64,000 nt of DNA from Methanotrichaceae archaeon (GCA_963803145.1 CAWDLW010000030.1:55581-119580), one strand, 5' to 3'. Positions 50,565-60,361 are shown, counted from the stretch's first letter. Translations and numbers: made by a program. The notes: a model not told the origin generated them from the letters alone.

Positions 50565-50822
50565 AGATAGCACTTCTATCAGGCGTTGGTTCTTCTTTTC
50601 TTTGATCATAAGACGCTCCTAGCAAAGCGGAGCAAATATACCGTAATGTCCATTATTTTTCACACTTTTCATCTGTCGCGCATTAGAGAAGGTCTTTTGG
50701 TTTATAATACTAATTGGGGTTCAAGACTCCGGAAAAGACATAGCTTGCTTTAAGATTAACGCACCATCAGGACACAGGCTTAAGGTCGCGTGCGTGGAGT
50801 TCCTTGCGAATTCGTCTAAGAA

Positions 50823-50984
50823 CCTTAACTCCGCATCATGTGGGGAATATTTGGTTGTGCATAGTCATAGGATATCGATCTCATAAGTTCCCTATTCGCC
50901 ATGTGGCGAATATGGTTTTTCGAGTTATCGATGGCATGTGACTTGATTCTATGAGGACTATTCCCCACCAGTGCGGAGTTAAGG
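50823..50984. mobile_element. MITE (162 bp), IS1634-like ends
   Basis: TIR CCTTAACTCCGCA..GTGGGGAATA; 6-bp TSD TAAGAA at 50817-50822 and 50985-50990. Confidence 0.85.
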
Positions 50985-51255
50985 TAAGAAGTAAAGAGCG
51001 ATTCGCGGCATGATACCGGAGGCGTCTATGAATCATGGTATTTACTTATTTCAGGGGGGAATAAATTTTATCCAGACACTATTTTGGAGTAAGGAGTATT
51101 ATATACTAAATATATTAGACGCGCCCCAGAAACGTCCGCAAGTCAATGCACATAAGATGTTAGCCCTGGCAGGACATATATTATAGCAAAAAACCAACAA
51201 GTACTTATTGATGTGCTAGCTTGTCATAATTCAATTACCCAAGAAGTGAGGGTAT

Positions 51256-52047
51256 ATGATGAAATCCCTACACTATGGCTTTGAACCAAAATCATTCGAT
51301 GATTGGGCTTTTATCGCCAGAGAGGTATCTGGGGAAAAATTTATGAAACTTCATCCCAGTGAGGTATTTTTATTTCTAAGTGAATCTGGGGGCATTATTG
51401 CAGAAAATGTACGGCGCAATAGATATCATGAAGTCCTATCTAATTTAGGATTCTGTCTATATTCATTGATTAATATGTATAATAGAATAGTATATCACCC
51501 TAAATTTGAAGAAGTATTTGCCCCAGGGGAATTTTTTGGATTAGACCAATTTATTTTTGAACGATTCCCCCGCAGATGCCCCTATTGCGGAGGAGATCAT
51601 TGTATTTGTGCAATAAAATTCTCTGATTCGGAGAATCGAACACTAGAAGAAAAGAGGGCGATGAAGGAGGAGGTGAATAAGATGCTGCAGATCGCTAGGG
51701 TCACTGAGAAACCGCCTGAAAGACTTGATGATTTCAAGGCTTTATTTAAGGGCATTTATGGCCAAGGCCATCAATATATGACCATTGATAACATTTGCTT
51801 TCACCTACTCGAAGAAATTGGAGAACTCGCACAAGCATTGCGCAATCTAATTAATGGCCCACCCGACTCATTCAGAGAACTCCGTGACGAGTTCATGAGC
51901 GAAATCGCGGATATTATAAGCTGGATATTTGCACTTTGGCGAAAAATAGAACATCATATCAGAAATGCTTGCAAGGATAGAATGGATAGAGAGGCTCTCA
52001 ATCCTTCTGAACTCCTAAGTAGCGTTATATGGAGTACAAATGATTAG
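51256..52047 (+). CDS. MazG-like nucleotide pyrophosphohydrolase with degenerate N-terminal repeat and CPYC..C.C motif
   Basis: HLLEEIGELAQAL...EIADIISWIF; RRCPYCGGDHCIC. Confidence 0.8.
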   Translation: MMKSLHYGFEPKSFDDWAFIAREVSGEKFMKLHPSEVFLFLSESGGIIAENVRRNRYHEVLSNLGFCLYSLINMYNRIVYHPKFEEVFAPGEFFGLDQFIFERFPRRCPYCGGDHCICAIKFSDSENRTLEEKRAMKEEVNKMLQIARVTEKPPERLDDFKALFKGIYGQGHQYMTIDNICFHLLEEIGELAQALRNLINGPPDSFRELRDEFMSEIADIISWIFALWRKIEHHIRNACKDRMDREALNPSELLSSVIWSTND

Positions 52048-52062
52048 CTTCATCGCCTATTA

Positions 52063-53235
52063 ATGGGAGGAGGAAAAATGAGTGGTGTATTAGGTGGTGT
52101 TTTAGGTGGGATTTCAAAACACATTCTTGATGGGATAAGGGATGAAGATGCGCGAAAGAGGAAGTATATATCGGTTGTAGATAAATTGGCTAATGAGCCC
52201 TTTGAGCATTTTGATTTCAAGAATAACAGACTAGCCCGTTATTATGAAACCATATTTATTCTAAGGAACCAGAGCGAGGAAACAATTCCTAATTCCATTG
52301 AAATAGAATTTAGATTTGAAACAAAAGGCGAAATTGGAATAAAACCAATAGATAATTCGCTTGTTAATATAAAAAAAGGACGATATAATACGTTTATCGT
52401 AAGGGTTGATCACCTCGAGCCATATAGACATATGAGTGATAAAGGCGAAATAAAACTGCATATAATCTCAGATGATAGAATTGATAGTATATTTGTTTCG
52501 GGAGGAAGAGAGGGATGGCCTGCTAAGTACGAAGGAACAAGCATTCCTTTAGGGGGAAATACAGCAAAAAGGAACTTATCTGAATTGAGGGCCTTCATAG
52601 CAATCATGGGTCCAATTGGTGCAGGTAAAAGTAATTTAGCCATGAGATTGAAACAGAAGTTGAATGCGACCATTTTGTTAGAAAAAGAGTTCTCAGAAAG
52701 CAATCCACATATCGAGGATTTCTATAAGCAAATGGATGAGAAGAATGAGAGATATAAAAAGGAGATTGTTTTTCCGACTGAAGTAGACTTTTTATTGAAT
52801 CGTTTTGATAGAATGAAAGATATAAGACATTCGAATGGTATAGTAATATCTGACTATTCGTTTTACACAAGTAAAGTATTTGCTAATTCTAATTTAGAAG
52901 GCGATTTATTAAGAATATATAATAACGCTTATTATATATTGGAGGCGCTAGCTCCAAAACCGGATTTGATAATTTATCTGAAAAGCGACGATAGCGAAGA
53001 AAATATTGGTTTTTTATACGATCGAATACATAAAAGGGCGATACCTTCTGAAGAAAGCATAAAGAAAGATTATCTCAAAAAGCTGTGTAGAGAGTACGAG
53101 AGCTTCTTTAGAAACTATGATGGAATTTATCGATCCTTCGATGCAGCCGAATACGAACAGAACGAATATAAATGTCAAGAAGAGGTCTTTAACTTAATTA
53201 AACACCATTTTGGATGCAATATCGAAAATAGCTAA
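52063..53235 (+). CDS. Deoxynucleoside kinase (dAK/dGK-type) fused to an unknown N-terminal domain
   Basis: IAIMGPIGAGKS, DFY, FLLNRF, SDYSF, PKPDLIIYL, RIHKR..E, YL..L..Y. Confidence 0.85.
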   Translation: MGGGKMSGVLGGVLGGISKHILDGIRDEDARKRKYISVVDKLANEPFEHFDFKNNRLARYYETIFILRNQSEETIPNSIEIEFRFETKGEIGIKPIDNSLVNIKKGRYNTFIVRVDHLEPYRHMSDKGEIKLHIISDDRIDSIFVSGGREGWPAKYEGTSIPLGGNTAKRNLSELRAFIAIMGPIGAGKSNLAMRLKQKLNATILLEKEFSESNPHIEDFYKQMDEKNERYKKEIVFPTEVDFLLNRFDRMKDIRHSNGIVISDYSFYTSKVFANSNLEGDLLRIYNNAYYILEALAPKPDLIIYLKSDDSEENIGFLYDRIHKRAIPSEESIKKDYLKKLCREYESFFRNYDGIYRSFDAAEYEQNEYKCQEEVFNLIKHHFGCNIENS

Positions 53236-53336
53236 TTAAAACGATCCTATATCCATCTCAATCAATGCAACCTAAACATATATCAGATATTAGTCGTAAA
53301 GAGAGACGAGTTTGAACCATTAAGAGGGTAGAGCCA

Positions 53337-54041
53337 ATGTTTAATGATCCACCAGGTATAATACCTTCATTGGATGTTGACATAAAAGAAGCAATAGCTG
53401 TAACAGAAAGTATTAAAGATTTAAAAGAAGAAATTGCAGGGTTAAAGATAGGTTCGATTCTTGCTTGGAGATATGGATTACCAAAAATAATAGAAGAAAT
53501 AAAAAGTATATGCGATTTCCCTATCATATTTGATGCTCAAAAAGCGGGAAATGATATCCCCAAGATAGTTAGGCAACAGGTAAAAGTCGTTGCTGATATC
53601 GGTATAGATGCATTTGTCGCATCCCCGCATGGTGCAGGTTCTAAGACACTTAATTGTTTCGTTGAAGCTTGCTTTGATTTCGGTGTGATTCCTATTATCG
53701 TAATTGAAATGACTCAGCCTCAATGCAATGTTTTCTTAGCAGGAAATGCTCCAGAGATTGTATTAGGGCAGGCATTAAAGCTGGGAGTCGAAAATTTTAT
53801 AGCTCCAGCAAATAAGCTAGACCGCTTAAAATACTATAAAAATATTTCTAATGATTTTGATAAAAAGATAAAGATATTTTCCCCAGGAGTTGGGCCACAA
53901 GGGGGAGGTCCGGAATCTGCAGTACAAGCTGGCGCAGATTTTGTAGTTATTGGTAGATCGATTTACACAGCAGAAGATCCAAGAGAAGTGGTAGTTCAAA
54001 CACATAATTTAATAAAGAAGGCAATTAAAAATGTGCCGTAG
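53337..54041 (+). CDS. Divergent orotidine-5'-phosphate decarboxylase family protein
   Basis: IIPSLD, GLKIG, FDAQKAGNDIP, EMT.P, SPGVGPQGG, GAD.VVIGRSIY. Confidence 0.85.
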   Translation: MFNDPPGIIPSLDVDIKEAIAVTESIKDLKEEIAGLKIGSILAWRYGLPKIIEEIKSICDFPIIFDAQKAGNDIPKIVRQQVKVVADIGIDAFVASPHGAGSKTLNCFVEACFDFGVIPIIVIEMTQPQCNVFLAGNAPEIVLGQALKLGVENFIAPANKLDRLKYYKNISNDFDKKIKIFSPGVGPQGGGPESAVQAGADFVVIGRSIYTAEDPREVVVQTHNLIKKAIKNVP

Positions 54042-54200
54042 AAATCGGTATAGTTTTTAGTTCCTTCTATAGTAAGTCTTTTCATCGCAATCTGAGTTCT
54101 AACTTAAAAACTGTAGAGATCTACACCGATTCTCCTATGAGGAATGTAGCAAAATAGAATCTCATAAGCCTTAAATATTCATATTCTGATCCAAGGATGC

Positions 54201-55739
54201 ATGAAGATTGATATAGACCATACTAAGCTTAAAAATGATTTAATTGAGCTTTGTCAAACCCCCGGCCCAACTCAAAGCTGTATTAGATTTTCCAAAAAAG
54301 ATCCGAGAATCGACGGAAATTTTCCTATAGAAGAAATAATTGAAAATATAGTTGGTCGTATCAACCAGGAATTAGATATAGAGAAAAAAGGAAAACTACA
54401 AATCATCAGATATATGGGAAATTTGATTATCGTAGGTGGCCTTAAGGAATTTGTTGATGACAGACATGAAACAAAGATAATAGACGCCTCAGAATTGGAT
54501 GAGTCGGCACGCGCTAGTCCAAACAATATAGTTAAGAGAATAAAAGAAATCCCTGTGGCATTTGGGGCTCACATAGATGAAATAACTTATATCGTATCGA
54601 GGAAAAGAGATAAAATTGAAGATGAAAATTTATGGGAGGATGATGAGGAAATTTGGGAAGTAATACCAATCTGTAATCCTCCAGTGAGAATTAGCGCATG
54701 GAAAAAGTACTTTGGGGCCGATAATAAACACATAGTGTTAGCAAGAGCTGAACTAATAAGACCTGAGTGCAGAATTACAGGATATAGGAAAAGGAAGATT
54801 CAGATCATAGGATCTGGGGAAATATCGGTTCTTTACATTCCAAAAGGTTTAGAAAAGACCGCCGAGGATTTAAAGAAGATCGATGAGGATTCAAACCAAA
54901 TGGAGTCGATTAGTACAGACAGAGATACTATTTTTGAAGCTATGGGATATGTAGAAAAAAAGAGTCCGGCAGAATGTTTCATTCTTAGAGTGAAGGGTGT
55001 TAAAGGCATAAGACCCGGCGATATGGTAACCAGTAACTACAAAGAATTAGATAAAGAAACCCCCGACATCCTTGAAACCAATGCATTGGATGACAGGGTA
55101 GGTTGCATTGCAGCGATCTATGCAGTTCAGGAGCTTGCGAGGAGAAATGTATGCTCAAAGGCAATCCTCACGAGTTCTGAGGAAGGTGTCCCTAAAGATG
55201 CTTCGTGGGGAAGGCTAGTCGAATCATGCTACGAAAAATTTTGTGAAATGGATGGTATTACGCTTGTATGTGATGGCATGGACGGAGCAAGAATGGAGCA
55301 AACAAATCGGTTCCAAAATGATAGTTGGGTAGTTCATAATTTTACAAAAGCACCAGATTTGAATGAGCCATTGAAATCAGCTGTAATTATACCTTTTACC
55401 GCAAACGGAAAAGGAGGTGGAGATCCTGGTATCTTTTCAATGTTCATGGAGGAGATCATACCAGCCATTTCAAGCATATATACGGAACCAGATCCTGTTG
55501 CAGTCACATCAACAGATTACTCGGGAAGGAGTTTTGATATTAAGATCATGGATAGATGGGGACTCATAGGGTTTGTACAATGGAGCTGTGGGGTTCCACA
55601 GAAATTAGATAGCGTTTGTCACAATAGGGAGTATGTGGATATCTCTCAGGTAATTAATATCATCAGAACAATGGCACACTTCGCTTTTTATATCGTCAAC
55701 ACGCAGAAGGGAGAAAGCGCGCTTCATCACCTTAGTTAG
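54201..55739 (+). CDS. M42/M20-clan dinuclear metallohydrolase with large insertions
   Basis: L...PGP, AHIDE, ALDDRVGC, SSEEG, VCD, CHNREYV. Confidence 0.75.
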   Translation: MKIDIDHTKLKNDLIELCQTPGPTQSCIRFSKKDPRIDGNFPIEEIIENIVGRINQELDIEKKGKLQIIRYMGNLIIVGGLKEFVDDRHETKIIDASELDESARASPNNIVKRIKEIPVAFGAHIDEITYIVSRKRDKIEDENLWEDDEEIWEVIPICNPPVRISAWKKYFGADNKHIVLARAELIRPECRITGYRKRKIQIIGSGEISVLYIPKGLEKTAEDLKKIDEDSNQMESISTDRDTIFEAMGYVEKKSPAECFILRVKGVKGIRPGDMVTSNYKELDKETPDILETNALDDRVGCIAAIYAVQELARRNVCSKAILTSSEEGVPKDASWGRLVESCYEKFCEMDGITLVCDGMDGARMEQTNRFQNDSWVVHNFTKAPDLNEPLKSAVIIPFTANGKGGGDPGIFSMFMEEIIPAISSIYTEPDPVAVTSTDYSGRSFDIKIMDRWGLIGFVQWSCGVPQKLDSVCHNREYVDISQVINIIRTMAHFAFYIVNTQKGESALHHLS

Positions 55740-55764
55740 TCGAGTGATGAAGCTATATTAGGTG

Positions 55765-55906
55765 TAGGAGTTACGCAGTTGAGCAGGCGAAGGATAATTA
55801 CACTCAGAATAATGACCTAAATGATGGCCATTATTCTCGCCCAAGCTCATAATTGTCTATTTTGTTTTCATAGGTCAGCAATTGAAATTCAACTGCGTAA
55901 CTCCTA
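55765..55906. mobile_element. MITE (142 bp)
   Basis: Perfect 18-bp TIR TAGGAGTTACGCAGTTGA; 5-bp TSD AGGTG at 55760-55764 and 55907-55911. Confidence 0.9.
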
Positions 55907-56033
55907 AGGTGATTAAATGAGGGTAAGCAATAACGCTTCAACTAGAGAAAGTAGTTTCGCGGTTCTGGGCACCCTCGTATTGATGACCTCTTTTAACGCG
56001 TGTGTCTGGCTACTTAAATATACATCATCAGAC

Positions 56034-56426
56034 CTATTTTGGAGGGGCTAAACACGTGCCTCGTAGGTATTCTTCTGCCTTCATAGCATTCTCTATGAAA
56101 TGCTTACACCTACTTTCGATAAGTATCTCCAAATCACTATCTGTGCATTCACTATTTTTTCTGAGATCTATCGAATCTCCCCATGCATAGGCTTTATCTG
56201 AAAAGCGCGGCTCACCTGGTTTACTCATATCGAAGGACGCAAGCCTTAAACTATTTTTTTTAGCAGCTTCTTCCGCATCAGAGATATGAAACATTTTTGA
56301 TGATTGGTAGTTAATCCTTCTAAATAGTTCGACAACATCCGGATGGGGATTTATATGGATTCGAATTTCGACTCCATAAGTTCTTGCCATCTTCCTTTCC
56401 AGCTGTCTTGCACTACTCCTATCCAT
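56034..56426 (-). CDS. Hypothetical protein
   Basis: 130-aa ORF preceded by GGGAGG; no motif recognised. Confidence 0.6.
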   Translation of the reverse strand: MDRSSARQLERKMARTYGVEIRIHINPHPDVVELFRRINYQSSKMFHISDAEEAAKKNSLRLASFDMSKPGEPRFSDKAYAWGDSIDLRKNSECTDSDLEILIESRCKHFIENAMKAEEYLRGTCLAPPK

Positions 56427-56565
56427 GTGTCCGCCCTCCCAAAGCCCACATATTAACTTTATTACATGATATCATCTATGCCTCAAATTATTTATATTTA
56501 ACTAGTATTTCTCTCAGATTTCGTGAATGTAGCCGTATTCTCTGAATCGCCTCAATATTATAAGC

Positions 56566-56841
56566 TTAATTTAGCCCCCTGGCCCCAGGCATAGTATCTC
56601 CTGGAAAAGCGCTTGATTGGAGAATTTTAGGAATAGCGTTGTCCTCTGGTGAACACATAGGCGTAGTGAATTCCCATAAAGGTATAAGCTTATCTCCTCT
56701 TCCCATACCCTGCCATGATTGCATAAGGAAGGGAGCATCAATACATACCTCCATAATACTATTTAATTTGTTCAATTTAGTCTGAGATCCAGACAAGGTT
56801 TTATTGGTATTAATATTGAATATATTTGGTGCGTTTTCCAT
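56566..56841 (-). CDS. Hypothetical protein
   Basis: 91-aa ATG ORF in AT-rich DNA; no motif recognised. Confidence 0.3.
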   Translation of the reverse strand: MENAPNIFNINTNKTLSGSQTKLNKLNSIMEVCIDAPFLMQSWQGMGRGDKLIPLWEFTTPMCSPEDNAIPKILQSSAFPGDTMPGARGLN

Positions 56842-57382
56842 CCGATTATGCGAATTCTTATGCCCCCCAAGTATTCCTACAACTCTATCTTATTGGTAGA
56901 ATTATTTAAACTTCTAAGCAATGATATGGTTTTTTAGCGATTGCTTGGCATATAACCCTCGTTTTCAAGCTAATTACCTTAAAGATTTGTCATAGCAGTT
57001 ATATCGATTCCATATTCGTGATGTATATCCTACAAGCGCTTATACATGATTGATTTAATAAATTATTTGAAATTATCAAGCCATCCATATATTATATATT
57101 TACTTTTAATATAATTTAATCAAAGGGAGCTTGCGCGATAACTCGATAGGAAAACTTAATATATTGAAATTTCAACTCAAATAGCGTATTTTGACAGCTT
57201 ATCACAAAAGGATCGATAAAACTGGAAATATATTGAACTTAATAGGTATACTATCAGATAACTGAATGATTGAAGTAGACATTAGATATGAGGTACAATT
57301 GTACTAAATGCCGCGAGAGGCCTATTTTCTTCGACAGCATAGCATACAATGTGAAAAATAAGTATACTAATTTTTACCCTAC

Positions 57383-58024
57383 TTAAAGAACACTCCTCGC
57401 AAACCGGAGGCTCATTTGTATCTGGCGATTAACATCTCTATTCGTAATCTCCATATGGCCGGGATACATCGTCTTCACATCAAGCTCCGTCAGCTTTTCG
57501 ATGGATTTGATTAGCTTGATGGTATCTCCGCCGCACAAATCCGTCCTTCCTATGTTGCCATCTGGAAATACAGTATCTCCTGAGAAGAGCACCTTCTCGG
57601 TTCTCTCATAGAGGCAGATGCTTCCTTCAGAGTGTCCGGGCGTCTCAAGAACCTCGAGCTTCCATTTTCCTATGTCCAGGATCATGCCATCGGATAGGGT
57701 GCCGTCCACTTTATACTCGGGCGCCTCCATCCCGAAGAGGTAAGCGACAGTAGTAAGATCATCGCCTACGCAGCCCTCCTCTTTCTTGTCGAGAAGCAGC
57801 TTTGCGCCGGTGGCTTCCTTAAGCTCCGGGGCTGCGCCCGAATGATCATGATGGCAGTGGGTAAGGACTATCATCTGGATCTCTTTGGGGTCGATATATT
57901 TCTTTATATTCTTTAAGGTCGAGCTGGCAATCATGCCGGCATCAACGAGGATGGGCTTCTCGTCCAGGACGAGGTAAACATTTCCATCGAAGGCGGCACC
58001 GCTAACCTTATGCACCTCAACCAT
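57383..58024 (-). CDS. MBL-fold metallohydrolase (glyoxalase II-like)
   Basis: THCHHDH, TPGHS, FSGD, GRTD, PGH; start set at MVEVHK. Confidence 0.92.
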   Translation of the reverse strand: MVEVHKVSGAAFDGNVYLVLDEKPILVDAGMIASSTLKNIKKYIDPKEIQMIVLTHCHHDHSGAAPELKEATGAKLLLDKKEEGCVGDDLTTVAYLFGMEAPEYKVDGTLSDGMILDIGKWKLEVLETPGHSEGSICLYERTEKVLFSGDTVFPDGNIGRTDLCGGDTIKLIKSIEKLTELDVKTMYPGHMEITNRDVNRQIQMSLRFARSVL

Positions 58025-58079
58025 GAAAAACACCTTAAGGACGAATTCGCTCTTACGATATATTAGTTGGTACAGTACC

Positions 58080-59354
58080 ATGACTCTGATGGAAGAGGTA
58101 AGTATGGGCCGCGTGCCCGAAGAAGTCGATCTGGTTGCAGAACGCGAGGGTATAGAGCCCGCGAAGCTGGCAAGGCTCGTAGCCGCAGGCCGTGTAGTCA
58201 TACCGAGAAATGTTCGCCGCAAGATAGTGCCGATGGGAGTCGGCGAGCTAACGAAGACAAAGGTCAACGTGAACATAGGAACATCGCAGTCCCTGGATGA
58301 TCCGGCAGTGGAGATAGAGAAGGCCATAGCGGCAGTTGATGCTGGCGCTGACACCGTGATGGATCTGTCTACAGGCGGAGATCTTGATCTCATCCGGCGG
58401 AAAGTGCTGGATGCCATCAACGTGCCGGTGGGCACAGTTCCCATCTATCAGGCTGCTGTAAAAAAGGAGTTGACATCTCAGGGCATGTTCGACGCCTTGG
58501 AGCTGCAGGCGAAGGCTGGCGTTGATTTTGTGACTGTTCACGTGGGAGTGAACAAGAACTCTCTGGAGCGCCTGCGACAGGACCCGAGGGTCATGGGGGT
58601 TGTGAGCCGCGGCGGATCGCTCACTATGAAGTACATCTCAGAGACAGGCGAGGAGAACCCCTACTACGATGAGTATGACTATCTCCTTGAGATTGCCAAA
58701 GAGTATGAGCTGACGCTGAGCCTGGGCGACGCCCTCCGGCCAGGATGCATCGAGGATGCCTCAGACCGGGCCAAGTACATGGAGTTCATAATTCTGGGAG
58801 AGCTTGTGAAGCGGGCGCGTGCTGCAGGCGTTCAGGCGATGGTCGAGGGACCGGGGCATGTGCCGGCGAATGAGATCGAGACTAGTGTCAAGGCGATGAA
58901 GCACCTTACCGATGGAGCACCCTTGTACCTCTTGGGGCCGCTTGTGACAGACATCGCTCCCGGCTATGATCACATTACAGCTGCAATGGGCGGCGTTATT
59001 GCGGGCATGGCGGGCGCTGACTTCCTATGCGCAACCACACCGAGCGAGCACCTTGACCTGCCGACGAAGGAGGATGTGATCGAGGGCACTTACGTGACAA
59101 GGATTGCGGCACATGCGGCAGATCTCACCAGGCCCGGCGTGAGCCAAAAAGCAAGAGCCTGGGATCTGGAGATGTCCAAAGCCAGGGCGAACCTGGATTG
59201 GGAAGGGCAGTTCAAGGCTGCGATAAACCCTGCGAGAGCCAGGCAGATCAGGCACCGCAGAGGTGTGGAGACGGATACATGCACGATGTGCAGCGAGCTG
59301 TGTGCAATACGGCTGGCGAAAGAGGCGATGGAAAAAGAGAAGGAACGAAAGTAA
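58080..59354 (+). CDS. thiC: ThiC-family radical SAM enzyme (HMP-P synthase, or a Bza-type paralog)
   Basis: KVNVNIGTS, MDLSTGG, GTVPIYQ, VSRGG, EGPGH, PGYDH, EHL, CTMC..C. Confidence 0.9.
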   Translation: MTLMEEVSMGRVPEEVDLVAEREGIEPAKLARLVAAGRVVIPRNVRRKIVPMGVGELTKTKVNVNIGTSQSLDDPAVEIEKAIAAVDAGADTVMDLSTGGDLDLIRRKVLDAINVPVGTVPIYQAAVKKELTSQGMFDALELQAKAGVDFVTVHVGVNKNSLERLRQDPRVMGVVSRGGSLTMKYISETGEENPYYDEYDYLLEIAKEYELTLSLGDALRPGCIEDASDRAKYMEFIILGELVKRARAAGVQAMVEGPGHVPANEIETSVKAMKHLTDGAPLYLLGPLVTDIAPGYDHITAAMGGVIAGMAGADFLCATTPSEHLDLPTKEDVIEGTYVTRIAAHAADLTRPGVSQKARAWDLEMSKARANLDWEGQFKAAINPARARQIRHRRGVETDTCTMCSELCAIRLAKEAMEKEKERK

Positions 59355-59367
59355 ACAGATCTATAGT

Positions 59368-59518
59368 TCATTCCTCTTTTCTACCAGCAAGAATTGCCTC
59401 AATTTCTTGCTTCAGCTTTGGTAGATCCACCGCAACTACTGACCAGACCAAATCATGATCAATCTCAAAATAGCGATGGACCAAGTATGTCTAGCAGCCA
59501 CTGCGTGTCATCTCTCAT
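59368..59518 (-). pseudogene. HepT/DUF86 toxin remnant with internal deletion
   Basis: [12 protein letters not shown] joined out of frame to LVHRYFEIDHDLVWSVV..DLPKLK. Confidence 0.8.
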
Positions 59519-59802
59519 AGTGCCACGGCTTCTTTCAGCACTCTATCCCGGATCCTTTCCCTAAGCCCCTTTTCAGTCACAACATCAACGCGGCATCCCA
59601 AAAGATCTTGAAGTTCCAAAAGAAGCCCGCCAAGGTCTAGAAGGCTCCGGGCTTCCTCCATATCCACAAGAAGATCCAGATCGCTTTTTTCGTCTTCCTC
59701 TCCCCTAGCTACAGAGCCAAAAACGCGTATAGTTCGGGCGCCATGCTTGGCGGCTATTTGTAGGATCTCCACGCGCTTTTCTCTTAGAGATTGGATGTTC
59801 AT
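59515..59802 (-). CDS. mntA: Minimal nucleotidyltransferase (MntA-type antitoxin), copy 1
   Basis: [25 protein letters not shown]. Confidence 0.92.
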   Translation of the reverse strand: MNIQSLREKRVEILQIAAKHGARTIRVFGSVARGEEDEKSDLDLLVDMEEARSLLDLGGLLLELQDLLGCRVDVVTEKGLRERIRDRVLKEAVAL

Positions 59803-59958
59803 GAGATGAGAAACTCCTTGATAATGATATGACAATGTCATTCAGATTAAGTTTGCCCCAAAATCCTGTTGAAATTGGCATGAAAATCCTTTCCAGATAG
59901 TATTCAGGTAGAGAGGGACGCTCAGGCAAATATAGTTTTAATCCTTTCTTTGAGAGGC

Positions 59959-60087
59959 TTAATGCTCTCTTTTGCAGTAAGGTTGCTTCCCGCGCTTGGC
60001 ATGATGCTCTATGCATTCCTGGCACTTTCCATGCCTCTTGCATTTCGTCTTTGGGCAATTACACGAATCCATTCCATTTTCAAGCAT
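59959..60087 (-). CDS. Small Cys/His-rich protein (42 aa, not in ORF track)
   Basis: MLENGMDSCNCPKTKCKRHGKCQECIEHHAKRGKQPYCKREH. Confidence 0.7.
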   Translation of the reverse strand: MLENGMDSCNCPKTKCKRHGKCQECIEHHAKRGKQPYCKREH

Positions 60088-60272
60088 TGTGGCACCAACT
60101 TATCTCAGTAACAAGCTGATAATGATCCCTACTATTGCCTCTTTAGCATTATGGCAACGGTGGTGCGACAAATTAGTATGAAAATCAAGGGCCTTATACT
60201 TACTTTTGGGGCTACTGCTAATTCATGTTACTACACGTTCTTCCGGGGCTAGTACTAACGGCTTTCCTAGCG

Positions 60273-60297
60273 CGCTCATTCGCCGCGCGGGCTACCC
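60273..60297. repeat. GC-rich structured intergenic element, copy 2 (inverted)
   Basis: Reverse complement GGGTAGCCCGCGCGGCGAATGAGCG matches 38084-38109. Confidence 0.6.
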
Positions 60298-60361
60298 CTA
60301 ACCCCTCTTCGGGGGAAGGCTCCAGAAAACGATAGTCTATAAGGCTGACGAGACAAGATGA

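Noticed and set aside
50823-55906. Composite transposon formed by the two MITEs
   Set aside because: Different TIRs and separate TSDs indicate independent insertions
55945-55995. Possible ribozyme or riboswitch-like GC patch
   Set aside because: No complete hammerhead core or known aptamer could be assembled by eye
58025-58444. 140-aa N-terminal extension of the MBL hydrolase in the ORF track
   Set aside because: It is the antisense of thiC; the MBL fold starts at 58024
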